Source: the human T2T-CHM13v2.0 reference genome, Homo sapiens
Assembly (NCBI RefSeq): GCF_009914755.1
Contig: NC_060936.1
Length of the DNA: 64,000 bases
Strand: one strand, 5' to 3'
The position numbers and the translations under genes are program-made. Position 1 is the first letter of the stretch; every line of letters starts with the position of its first letter. Under the pieces are notes generated by a model. The model worked only from the letters and a program-made list of their open reading frames with translations. It ran no database searches and was not told the DNA's origin. Shown piece after piece: positions 1 to 12,000 of the stretch.

Positions 1-545
1 TAGTTTTTATACGAAGATGTTTCCTTTTCTACATTTGGTCTCAAAGCGATTGAAATCTCCAACTGGAAACTGCACAAATAGGGTGTTTCAAATCTGCTCT
101 GTCTAAAGGAAGGTTCAACTCTGTGAGTTGAATACACACACCACAAATAAGTTACTGAGAATTCTTCTGTCGAAAATTACTTGAAGAAATCCCGTTTCCA
201 ACTAAGGCCTCAAAGAGGTCCAAATATCCTCTTGCAGACATTACAAACAGAGTGTTTCCAAACTGCTCCATCAAAAGAAAGGTTAAACTCTGTGAGCTGA
301 ACACACACATCAAAAAGAAGTTTCTGTGAATGATTCTGTCTAGATTTTATAAGAAGATGTTTCCTTTTCTACCGTAGGCCTCAAAGCGCTTGAAATCTCC
401 AGCTGCAAATTCCACAAAAAGGGTGTTTAACATCTGCTCTTCTAAAGGAAAGTTCAACTCAATGAGTTGAATACACACAGCACAAAGAAGTTACTGAGAC
501 TTCTCCTATCAAACATCATATGAAGAAATCCCGTTTCCAACAAAG

Positions 546-885
546 GCCTCAAAGAGGTCCAAATATCTGCTTGCAGACTTTACAAAGACAGTGTCTCCAA
601 ACTCCTCCATCAAAAGAAAGGTTATACTCTGTGAATTGAACGCACACATCACAAAGTAGTTTCTGAGAATGATTCTGTCTAGTTTTTATACGAAGATATT
701 TTTTTTTCTACATTTGGCCTAAAAGCGCTTGAAATCTCCACCTGCAAATATCACAAAAAGAGGGTTTCACATCTGCTCTTTCTAAAGGACAGTTCACCTC
801 TGTGAGTTGAATAGAGGCAACACAAAGAACTTACTCAGTATTCTTCTTTCTAGCGTTCTATGAAGAAATCCCGTTTCCAACGAAG
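546..885 (-). repeat. C/D hybrid dimer (one dimer deleted, giving a 6-mer HOR); further copies have boxes at 8001, 13097, 15814, 40938, 48406, 52140, 54515, 59611 and 62328
   Basis: After dimer B the sequence starts C-like (atatctgcttgcagactttac) and continues D-like (aaagacagtgtctcc). A-to-A spacing is 1019 bp (190->1209). Confidence 0.93.
869..885 (-). promoter_or_regulatory. CENP-B box (first intact example; ~188 box positions at ~340-bp spacing between 190 and 63703)
   Basis: Plus strand tcccgtttccaacgaag is the reverse complement of CTTCGTTGGAAACGGGA, matching NTTCGNNNNANNCGGGN. It is present in every second monomer. Confidence 0.97.
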
Positions 886-2244
886 GCCCCAAAGAGGTCC
901 AAATATCTGCTTGCAGACTTTACAGACAGAGTGTTTCCAAACTACTCTATGAAAAGAAAGCTTAAACTCCTTGAGTTGAACGCACACATCACAAAGTAGT
1001 TTCTGAGAATGATGCTGTCTAGTTTTTATACGAAGATGTTTCCTTTTCTACATTTGGTCTCAAAGCGATTGAAATCTCCAACTGGAAACTGCACAAATAG
1101 GGTGTTTCAAATCTGCTCTGTCTAAAGGAAGGTTCAACTCTGTGAGTTGAATACACACACCAAAAATAAGTTACTGAGAATTCTTCTGTCGAAAATTACT
1201 TGAAGAAATCCCGTTTCCAACGAAGGCCTCAAAGAGGTCCAAATATCCACTTGCAGACATTACAAACAGAGTGTTTCCAAACTGCTCCATCAAAAGAAAG
1301 GTTAAACTCTGTGAGCTGAACACACACATCAAAAAGAAGTTTCTGTGAATGATTCTGTCTAGATTTTATAAGAAGATGTTTCCTTTTCTACCATAGGCCA
1401 CAAAGCGCTTGAAATCTCCAGCTGCAAATTCCACAAAAAGGGTGTTTAACATCTGCTCTTCTAAAGGAAAGTTCAACTCTATGCGTTGAATACACACAGC
1501 ACAAAGAAGTTACTGAGACTTCTCCTATCAAACATTATATGAAGAAATCCCGTTTCCAACGAAGGCCTCAAAGAGGTCCAAATATCTGCTTGCAGACTTT
1601 ACAGACAGAGTTTTTCCAAACTGCTCCATCAAAAGAAAGGTTAAACTCCTTGAGTTGAACACACACATCACAAAGTAGTTTCTGTGAATGATTCTGTCTA
1701 GTTTTTATACGAAGATGTTTCCTTTTCTACCTTTGGTCTCAAAGCGATTGAAATCTCCACATGGAAACTCCACAAAAAGAGTGTTTCAAATCTGCTCTTT
1801 CTGAAGGAAGGTTCAACTCTGTGAGTTGAATACACACACCACAAATAAGTTACTGAGAATTCTTCTGTGTAACATTATATGAGGAAATCCCGTTTCCAAC
1901 GAAGGCCTCAAAGAGGTCCAAATATCCACTTGCAGACTTTACAAAGACAGTGTCTCCAAACTCCTCCATCAAAAGAAAGGTTATACTCTGTGAATTGAAC
2001 GCACACATCACAAAGTAGTTTCTGAGAATGATTCTGTCTAGTTTTTATACGAAGATATTTCCTTTTCTACATTTGGCCTAAAAGCGCTTGAAATCTCCAC
2101 GTGCAAATATCACAAAAAGAGGGTTTCACATCTGCTCTGTCTAAAGGACAGTTCACCTCTGTGAGTTGAATAGAGGCAACACAAAGAACTTACTCAGTAT
2201 TCTTCTTTCTAGCGTTCTATGAAGAAATCCCGTTTCCAACGAAG
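886..2244 (-). repeat. Example canonical 8-mer HOR (dimers A 886-1225, B 1226-1564, C 1565-1904, D 1905-2244); probable D12Z3 (chromosome 12 live HOR)
   Basis: Plus-strand diagnostics: A has tactctatga, aagctt (HindIII) and aactggaaactgcac; B has gagctgaac, tctaga (XbaI) and cagctg (PvuII); C has tacctttgg and catggaaactcc; D has acaaagacagtgtctcc and tagaggcaac. EcoRI sites lie in A and C, ~680 bp apart. The known SF1 8-mer live arrays are D10Z1 and D12Z3. The choice of D12Z3 is from recall of its restriction pattern, not an alignment; the confidence value applies to that assignment. Confidence 0.75.
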
Positions 2245-5200
2245 GCATCAAAGAGGTCCAAATATCTGCTTGCAGACTTTACAGACAGAGTGTTTCCAAA
2301 CTACTCTATGAAAAGAAAGCTTAAACTCCTTGAGTTGAACGCACACAACACAAAGTAGTTTCTGAGAATGATTCTGTCTAGTTTTTATACGAAGATGTTT
2401 CCTTTTCTACATTTGGTCTCAAAGCGATTGAAATCTCCAACTGGAAACTGCACAAATAGGGTGTTTCAAATCTGCTCTGTCTAAAGGAAGGTTCAACTCT
2501 GTGAGTTGAATACACACACCACAAATAAGTTACTGAGAATTCTTCTGTCGAACATTACATGAAGAAATCCCGTTTCCAACGAAGGCCTCAAAGAGGTCCA
2601 AATATCCACTTGCAGACATTACAAACAGTGTGTTTCCAAACTGCTCCATCAAAAGAAAGGTTAAACTCTGTGAGCTGAACACACATCAAAAAGAAGTTTC
2701 TGTGAATGATTCTGTCTAGATTTTATAAGAAGATGTTTCCTTTTCTACCGTAGGCCACAAAGCGCTTGAAATCTCCAGCTGCAAATTCCACAAAAAGGGT
2801 GTTTAACATCTGCTCTTCTAAAGGAAAGTTCAACTCTATGAGTTAAATAAACACAGCAGAAAGAAGTTACTGAGACTTCTCCTATCAAACATTATATGAA
2901 GAAATCCCGTTTCCAACGAAGGCCTCAAAGAGGTCCAAATATCTGCTTGCAGACTTTACAGACAGAGTTTTTCCAAACTGCTCCATCAAAAGAAAGGTTA
3001 AACTCCTTGAGTTGAACACACACATCACAAAGTAGTTTCTGTGAATGATTCTGTCTAGTTTTTATACGAAGATGTTTCCTTTTCTACCTTTGGTCTCAAT
3101 GCGATTGAAATCTCCACATGGAAACTCCACAAAAAGAGTGTTTCAAATCTGCTCTTTCTGAAGGAAGGTTCAACTCTGTGAGTTGAATACACACACCACA
3201 AATAAGTTACTGAGAATTCTTCTGTGTAACATTATATGAGGAAATCCCGTTTCCAACGAAGGCCTCAAAGAGGTCCAAATATCCACTTGCAGACTTTACA
3301 AAGACAGTGTCTCCAAACTCCTCCATCAAAGAAAGGTTATACTCTGTGAATTGAACGCACACATCACAAAGTAGTTTCTGAGAATGATTCTGTCTAGTTT
3401 TTATACGAAGATATTTCCTTTTCTACATTTGGCCTAAAAGCGCTTGAAATCTCCAAGTGCAAATATCACAAAAAGAGGGTTTCACATCTGCTCTGTCTAA
3501 AGGACAGTTCACCTCTGTGAGTTGAATAGAGGCAACACAAAGAACTTAGTCAGTATTCTTCTTTCTAGCGTTCTATGAAGAAATCCCGTTTCCAACGAAG
3601 GCCCCAAAGAGGTCCAAATATCTGCTTGCAGACTTTACAGACAGAGTGTTTCCAAACTACTCTATGAAAAGAAAGCTTAAACTCCTTGAGTTGAACGCAC
3701 ACATCACAAAGTAGTTTCTGAGAATGATTCTGTCTAGTTTTTATACGAAGATGTTTCCTTTTCTACATTTGGTCTCAAAGCGATTGAAATCTCCAACTGG
3801 AAACTGCACAAATAGGGTGTTTCAAATCTGCTCTGTCTAAAGGAAGGTTCAACTCTGTGAGTTGAATACACACACCACAAATAAGTTACTGAGTATTCTT
3901 CTGTCGAACATTACTTGAAGAAATCCCGTTTCCAACGAAGGCCTCAAAGAGGTCCAAATATCCACTTGCAGACATTACAAACCGAGTGTTTCCAAACTGC
4001 TCCATCAACAGAAAGGTTAAACTCTGTGAGCTGAACACACACATCAAAAAGAAGTTTCTGTGAATGATTCTGTCTAGATTTTATAAAAAGATGTTTCCTT
4101 TTCTACCGTAGGCCACAAAGCGCTGGAAATCTCCAGCTGCAAATTCCACAAAAAGGGTGTTTAACATCTGCTCTTCTAAAGGAAAGTTCAACTCTATGCG
4201 TTGAATACACACAGCACAAAGAAGTTACTGAGACTTCTCCTATCAAACATTATATGAAGAAATCCCGTTTCCAACGAAGGCCTCAAAGAGGTCCAAATAT
4301 CTGCTTGCAGACTTTACAGACAGAGTTTTTCCAAACTGCTCCATCAAAAGAAAGGTTAAACTCCTTGAGTTGAACACACACATCACAAAGTAGTTTCTGT
4401 GAATGATTCTGTCTAGTTTTTATACGAAGATGTTTCCTTTTCTACCTTTGGTCTCAAAGCGATTGAAATCTCCACATGGAAACTCCACAAAAAGAGTGTT
4501 TCAAATCTGCTCTTTCTGAAGGAAGGTTCAACTCTGTGAGTTGAATACACACACCACAAATAAGTTACTGAGAATTCTTCTGTGTAACATTATATGAGGA
4601 AATCCCGTTTCCAACGAAGGCCTCAAAGAGGTCCAAATATCCACTTGCAGACTTTACAAAGACAGTGTCTCCAAACTCCTCCATCAAAAGAAAGGTTATA
4701 CTCTGTGTATTGAACGCACACATCACAAAGTAGTTTCTGAGAACGATTCTGTCTAGTTTTCATACGAAGATATTTCCTTTTCTACATTTGGCCTAAAAGC
4801 GCTTGAAATCTCCACCTGCAAATATCACAAAAAGAGGGTTTCACATCTGCTCTGTCTAAAGGACAGTTCACCTCTGTGAGTTGAATAGAGGCAACACAAA
4901 GAACTTACTCAGTATTCTTCTTTCTAGTGTTCTATGAAGAAATCCCGTTTCCAACGAAGGCCTCAAAGAGGTCCAAATATCTGCTTGCACACTTTACAGA
5001 CAGAGTGTTTCCAAACTACTCTATGAAAAGAAAGCTTAAACTCCTTGAGTTGAACGCACACATCACAAAGTAGTTTCTGAGAATGATTCTGTCTAGTTTT
5101 TATACGAAGATGTTTCCTTTTCTACATTTGGTCTCAAAGCGATTGAAATCTCCAACTGGAAACTGCACAAATAGGGTGTTTCAAATCTGCTCTGTCTAAA

Positions 5201-6318
5201 GGAAGGTTCAACTCTGTGAGTTGAATACACACACCACAAATAAGTTACTGAGAATTCTTCTGTCGAACATTACTTGAAGAAATACCGTTTCCAAAGAAGG
5301 CCTCAAAGAGGTCAAAATATCCACTTGCAGACATTACAAACAGAGTGTTTCAAAACTGCTCCATCAAAAGAAAGGTTAAACTCTGTGAGCTGAACACACA
5401 CATGAAAAAGAAGTTTCTGTGAATGATTCTGTCTAGATTTTATAAGAAGATGTTTCCTTTTCTACCGTAGGCCTCAAAGCGCTTGAAATCTCCAGCTGCA
5501 AATTCTACAAAAAGGGTGTTTAACATCTGCTCTTCTAAAGGAAAGTTCAACTCTATGCGTTGAATAAACACAGCAGAAAGAAGTTACTGAGACTTCTCCT
5601 ATCAAACATTATATGAAGAAATCCCGTTTCCAACGAAGGCCCCAAAGAGGTCCAAATATCTGCTTGCAGACTTTACAGACAGAGTTTTTCCAAACAGCTC
5701 CATCAAAAGAAAGGTTAAACTCCTTGAGTTGAACACACACATCACAAAGTAGTTTCTGTGAATGATTCTGTCTAGTTTTTATACGAAGATGTTTCCTTTT
5801 CTACCTTTGGTCTCAAAGCGATTGAAATCTCCACATGGAAACTCCACAAAAAGAGTGTTTCAAATCTGCTCTTTCTGAAGGAAGGTTCAACTCTGTGAGT
5901 TGAATACACACACCACAAATAAGTTACTGAGAATTCTTCTGTGTAACATTATATGAGGAAATCCCGTTTCCAACGAAGGCCTCAAAGAGGTCCAAATATC
6001 CACTTGCAGACTTTACAAAGACAGTGTCTCCAAACTCCTCCATCAAAAGAAAGGTTATACTCTGTGAATTGAACGCACACATCACAAAGTAGTTTCTGAG
6101 AACGATTCTGTCTACTTTTCATACGAAGATATTTCCTTTTCTACATTTGGCCTAAAAGCGCTTGAAATCTCCACCTGCAAATATCACAAAAAGAGGGTTT
6201 CACATCTGCTCTGTCTAAAGGACAGTTCACCTCTGTGAGTTGAATAGAGGCAACACAAAGAACTTACTCAGTATTCTTCTTTCTAGCGTTCTATGAAGAA
6301 ATCCCGTTTCCAACGAAG

Positions 6319-6658
6319 GCCTCAAAGAGGTCCAAATATCTGCTTGCACACTTTACAGACAGAGTGTTTCCAAACTACTCTATGAAAAGAAAGCTTAAAC
6401 TCCTTGAGTTGAACGCACACATCACAAAGTAGTTTCTGAGAATGATTCTGTCTAGTTTTTATACGAAGATGTTTCCTTTTCTACATTTGGTCTCAAAGCG
6501 ATTGAAATCTCCAACTGGAAACTGCACAAATAGGGTGTTTCAAATCTGCTCTGTCTAAAGGAAGGTTCAACTCTGTGAGTTGAATACACACACCACAAAT
6601 AAGTTACTGAGAATTCTTCTGTGTAACATTATATGAGGAAATCCCGTTTCCAACGAAG
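6319..6658 (-). repeat. A/C hybrid dimer (4-mer HOR variant)
   Basis: The A body (aagctt, aactggaaactgcac) ends with the C tail gtgtaacattatatgaggaaatcccg. D boxes at 6302 and 6982 are 680 bp apart. Confidence 0.92.
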
Positions 6659-8696
6659 GCCTCAAAGAGGTCCAAATATCCACTTGCAGACTTTACAAAG
6701 ACAGTGTCTCCAAACTCCTCCATCAAAAGAAAGGTTATACTCTGTGAATTGAACGCACACATCACAAAGTAGTTTCTGAGAATGATTCTGTCTAGTTTTT
6801 ATACGAAGATATTTCCTTTTCTACATTTGGCCTAAAAGCGCTTGAAATCTCCACCTGCAAATATCACAAAAAGAGGGTTTCACATCTGCTCTGTCTAAAG
6901 GACAGTTCACCTCTGTGAGTTGAGTAGAGGCAACACAAAGAACTTACTGAGTATTCTTCTTTCTAGCGTTCTATGAAGAAATCACGTTTCCAACGAAGGC
7001 CCCAAAGAGGTCCAAATATCTGCTTGCAGACTTTACAGACAGAGTGTTTCCAAACTACTCTATGAAAAGAAAGCTTAAACTTCTTGAGTTGAACGCACAC
7101 ATCACAAAGTAGTTTCTGAGAATGATTCTGTCTAGTTTTTATACGAAGATGTTTCCTTTTCTACATTTGGTCTCAAAGCGATTGAAATCTCCAACTGGAA
7201 ACTGCACAAATAGGGTGTTTCAAATCTGCTCTGTCTAAAGGAAGGTTCAACTCTTTGAGTTGAATACACACACCACAAATAAGTTACTGAGAATTCTTCT
7301 GTCGAACATTACTTGAAGAAATCCCGTTTCCAACGAAGGCCTCAAAGAGGTCCAAATATCGACTTGCAGACATTACAAACAGAGTGTTTCCAAACTGCTC
7401 CATCAAAAGAAAGGTTAAACTCTGTGAGCTGAACACACACATCAAAAAGAAGTTTCTGTGAATGATTCTGTCTAGATTTTATAAGAAGGTGTTTCCTTTT
7501 CTACTGTAGGCCTCAAAGTGCTTGAAATCTCCAGCTGCAAATTCCACAAAAAGGGTGTTTAACATCTGCTCTTCTAAAGGAAAGTTCAACTCAATGAGTT
7601 GAATACACACAGCCCAAAGAAGTTACTGAGACTTCTCCTATCAAACATTATATGAAGAAATCCCGTTTCCAACGAAGGCCTCAAAGAGGTCCAAATATCT
7701 GCTTGCAGACTTTACAAAGACAGTGTCTCCAAACTCCTCCATCAAAAGAAAGGTTATACTCTGTGAATTGAACGCACACATCACAAAGTAGTTTCTGAGA
7801 ATGATTCTGTCTAGTTTTTATACGAAGATATTTCCTTTTCTACATTTGGCCTAAAAGCGCTTGAAGTCTCCACCTGCAAATATCACAAAAAGAGGGTTTC
7901 ACATCTGCTCTGTCTAAAGGACAGTTCACCTTTGTGAGTTGAATAGAGGCAACACAAAGAACTTACTCAGTATTCTTCTTTCTAGCGTTCTATGAAGAAA
8001 TCCCGTTTCCAACGAAGGCCCCAAAGAGGTCCAAATATCTGCTTGCAGACTTTACAGACAGAGTGTTTCCAAACTACTCTATGAAAAGAAAGCTTAAACT
8101 CCTTGAGTTGAACGCACACATCACAAAGTAGTTTCTGAGAATGATTCTGTCTAGTTTTTATACGAAGATGTTTCCTTTTCTACATTTGGTCTCAAAGCGA
8201 TTGAAATCTCCAACTGGAAACTGCACAAATAGGGTGTTTCAAATCTGCTCTGTCTAAAGGAAGGTTCAACTCTGTGAGTTGAATACACACACCACAAATA
8301 AGTTACTGAGAATTCTTCTGTCGAACATTACTTGAAGAAATCCCGTTTCCAACGAAGGCCTCAAAGAGGTCCAAATATCCACTTGCAGACATTACAAACA
8401 GAGTGTTTCCAAACTGCTCCATCAAAAGAAAGGTTAAACTCTGTGAGCTGAACACACACATCAAAAACAAGTTTCTGTGAATGATTCTGTCTAGATTTTA
8501 TAAGAACATATTTCCTTTTCTACCGTAGGCCACAAAGCGCTTGAAATCTCCAGCTGCAAATTCCACAAAAAGGGTGTTTAACATCTGCTCTTCTAAAGGA
8601 AAGTTCAACTCTATGAGTTGAATACACACAGCACAAAGAAGTTACTGAGACTTCTCCTATCAAACATTATATGAAGAAATCCCGTTTCCAACGAAG

Positions 8697-9036
8697 GCCT
8701 CAAAGAGGTCCAAATATCCACTTGCAGACATTACAAACAGAGTGTTTCCAAACTGTTCCATCAAAAGAAAGATTAAACTCTGTGAGCTGAACACACACAT
8801 GAAAAAGAAGTTTCTGTGAATGATTCTGTCTAGATTTTATATGAAGATGTTTCCTTTTCTACCTTTGGTCTCAATGCGATTGAAATCTCCACATGGAAAC
8901 TCCACAAAAAGTGTGTTTGAAATCTGCTCTTTCTGAAGGAAGGTTCAACTCTGTGAGTTGAATAAACACACCACAAATAAGTTACTGAGAATTCTTCTGT
9001 GTAACATTATATGAGGAAATCCCGTTTCCAACGAAG
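8697..9036 (-). repeat. B/C chimeric dimer (first monomer from B, second from C); second copy at 55211-55550
   Basis: ccacttgcagacattacaaac...gagctgaac...tctagatttt is followed by tacctttgg...catggaaactcc. HOR length is unchanged. Confidence 0.92.
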
Positions 9037-12000
9037 GCCTCAAAGAGGTCCAAATATCCACTTGCAGACTTTACAAAGACAGTGTCTCCAAACTCCTCCA
9101 TCAAAAGAAAGGTTATACTCTGTGAATTGAACGCACACATCACAAAGTAGTTTCTGAGAATGATTCTGTCTAGTTTTTATACGAAGATATTTCCTTTTCA
9201 ACATTTGGCCTAAAAGCGCTTGAAATCTCCACCTGCAAATATCACAAAAAGAGGGTTTCACATCTGCTCTGTCTAAAGGACAGTTCACCTCTGTGAGTTG
9301 AATAGAGGCAACACAAAGAACTTACTCAGTATTCTTCTTTCTAGCGTTCTATGAAGAAATCCCGTTTCCAACGAAGGCCCCAAAGAGGTCCAAATATCTG
9401 CTTGCACACTTTACAGACAGAGTGTTTCCAAACTACTCTATGAAAAGAAAGCTTAAACTCCTTGAGTTGAACGCACACATCACAAAGTAGTTTCTGAGAA
9501 TGATTCTGTCCAGTTTTTATACGAAGATGTTTCCTTTTCTACATTTGGTCTCAAAGCGATTGAAATCTCCAACTGGAAACTGCACAAATACGGTGTTTCA
9601 AATCTGCTCTGTCTAAAGGAAGGTTCAACTCTGTGAGTTGAATACACACACCACAAATAAGTTACTGAGAATTCTTCTGTCGAACATTACTTGAAGAAAT
9701 CCCGTTTCCAACGAAGGCCTCAAAGAGGTCCAAATATTCACTTGCAGATATTACAAACAGAGTGTTTCCAAACTGCTCCATCAAAAGAAAGGTTAAACTC
9801 TGTGAGCTGAACACACACATCAAAAACAAGTTTCTGTGAATGATTCTGTCTAGATTTTATAAGAAGATGTTTCCTTTTCTACCGTAGGACTCAAAGCGCT
9901 TGAAATCTCCAGCTGCAAATTCCACAAAAAGGGTGTTTAACATCTGCTCTTCTAAAGGAAAGTTCAACTCTATGAGTTGAATACACACAGCACAAAGAAG
10001 TTACTGAGACTTCTCCTATCAAACATTATATGAAGAAATCCCGTTTCCAACGAAGGCCTCAAAGAGGTCCAAATATCTGCTAGCAGACTTTAAAGACAGA
10101 GTTTTTCCAAACTGCTCCATCAAAAGAAAGGTTAAACTCCTTGAGTTGAACACACACATCACAAAGTAGTTTCTGTGAATGATTCTGTCTAGTTTTTATA
10201 CGAAGATGTTTCCTTTTCTAGCTTTGGTCTCAAAGCGATTGAAATCTCCACATGGAAACTCCACAAAAAGAGTGTTTCAAATCTGCTGTTTCTGAAGGAA
10301 GGTTCAACTCTGTGAGTTGAATACACGCACCACAAATAAGTTACTGGGAATTCTTCTGTGTAAAATTATATGAGGAAATCCCGTTTCCAACGAAGGCCTC
10401 AAAGAGGTCCAAATATCCACTTGCAGACTTTACAAAGACAGTGTCTCCAAACTCCTCCATCAAAAGAAAGGTTATACTTTGTGAATTGAACGCACACATC
10501 ACAAAGTAGTTTCTGAGAATGATTCTGTCTAGTTTTTATACGAAGATATTTCCTTTTCTACATTTGGCCTAAAAGCGCTTGAAATCTCCACCTGCAAATA
10601 TCACAAAAAGAGGGTTTCACATCTGCTCTGTCTAAAGGACAGTTCACCTCTGTGAGTTGAATAGAGGCAACACAAAGAACTTACTGAGTATTCTTCTTTC
10701 TAGCGTTCTATGAAGAAATCCCGTTTACAACGAAGGCCCCAATGAGGTCCAAATATCTGCTTGCAGACTTTACAGACAGAGTGTTTCCAAACTACTCTAT
10801 GAAAAGAAAGCTTAAACTCCTTGAGTTGAACGCACACATCACAAAGTAGTTTCTGAGAATGATTCTGTCTAGTTTTTATACGAAGATGTTTCCTTTTCTA
10901 CATTTGGTCTCAAAGCGATTGAAATCTCCAACTGGAAACTGCACAAATAGGGTGTTTCAAATCTGCTCTGTGTAAAGGAAGGTTCAACTCTGTGAGTTGA
11001 ATACACACACCACAAATAAGTTACTGAGAATTCTTCTGTCAAACATTACTTGAAGAAATCCCGTTTCCAACGAAGGCCTCAAAGAGGTCCAAATATCCAC
11101 TTGCAGACATTACAAACAGAGTGTTTCCAAACTGCTCCATCAAAAGAAAGGTTAAACTCTGTGAGCTGAACACACACATCAAAAAGAAGTTTCTGTGAAT
11201 GATTCTGTCTAGATTTTATAAGAAGATGTTTCCTTTTCTACCGTAGGCCTCAAAGCGCTTGAAATCTCCAGCTGCAAATTCCACAAAAAGGGTGTTTAAC
11301 ATCTGCTCTTCTAAAGGAAAGTTCAACTCTATGCGTTGAATACACACAGCACAAAGAAGTTACTGAGACTTCTCCTATCAAACATTATATGAAGAAATCC
11401 CGTTTCCAACGAAGGCCTCAAAGAGGTCCAAATATCTGCTTGCAGACTTTAAAGACAGAGTTTTTCCAACCTGCTCCATCAAAAGAAAGGTTAAACTCCT
11501 TGAGTTGAACACACACATCACAAAGTAGTTTCTGTGAATGATTCTGTCTAGTTTTTATACGAAGATGTTTCCTTTTCTACCTTTGGTCTCAAAGCGATTG
11601 AAATCTCCACATGGAAACTCCACAAAAAGAGTGTTTCAAATCTGCTCTTTCTGAAGGAAGGTTCAACTCTGTGAGTTGAATACACACACCACAAATAAGT
11701 TACTGAGAATTCTTCTGTGTAACATTATATGAGGAAATCCCGTTTCCAACGAAGGCCTCAAAGAGGTCCAAATATCCACTTGCAGACTTTACAAAGACAG
11801 TGTCTCCAAACTCCTCCATCCAAAGAAAGGTTATACTCTGTGAATTGAACGCACACATCACAAAGTAGTTTCTGAGAATGATTCTGTCTAGTTTTTATAC
11901 GAAGATATTTCCTTTTCTACATTTGGCCTAAAAGCGCTTGAAATCTCCACCTGCAAATATCACAAAAAGAGGGTTTCACATCTGCTCTGTCTAAAGGACA

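Noticed and set aside
115-131. Dyad ttcaactc-tgt-gagttgaa and similar hairpin-like motifs in each dimer
   Set aside because: This is an ordinary feature of the alpha-satellite consensus. It is not a terminator and is not specific to this window.
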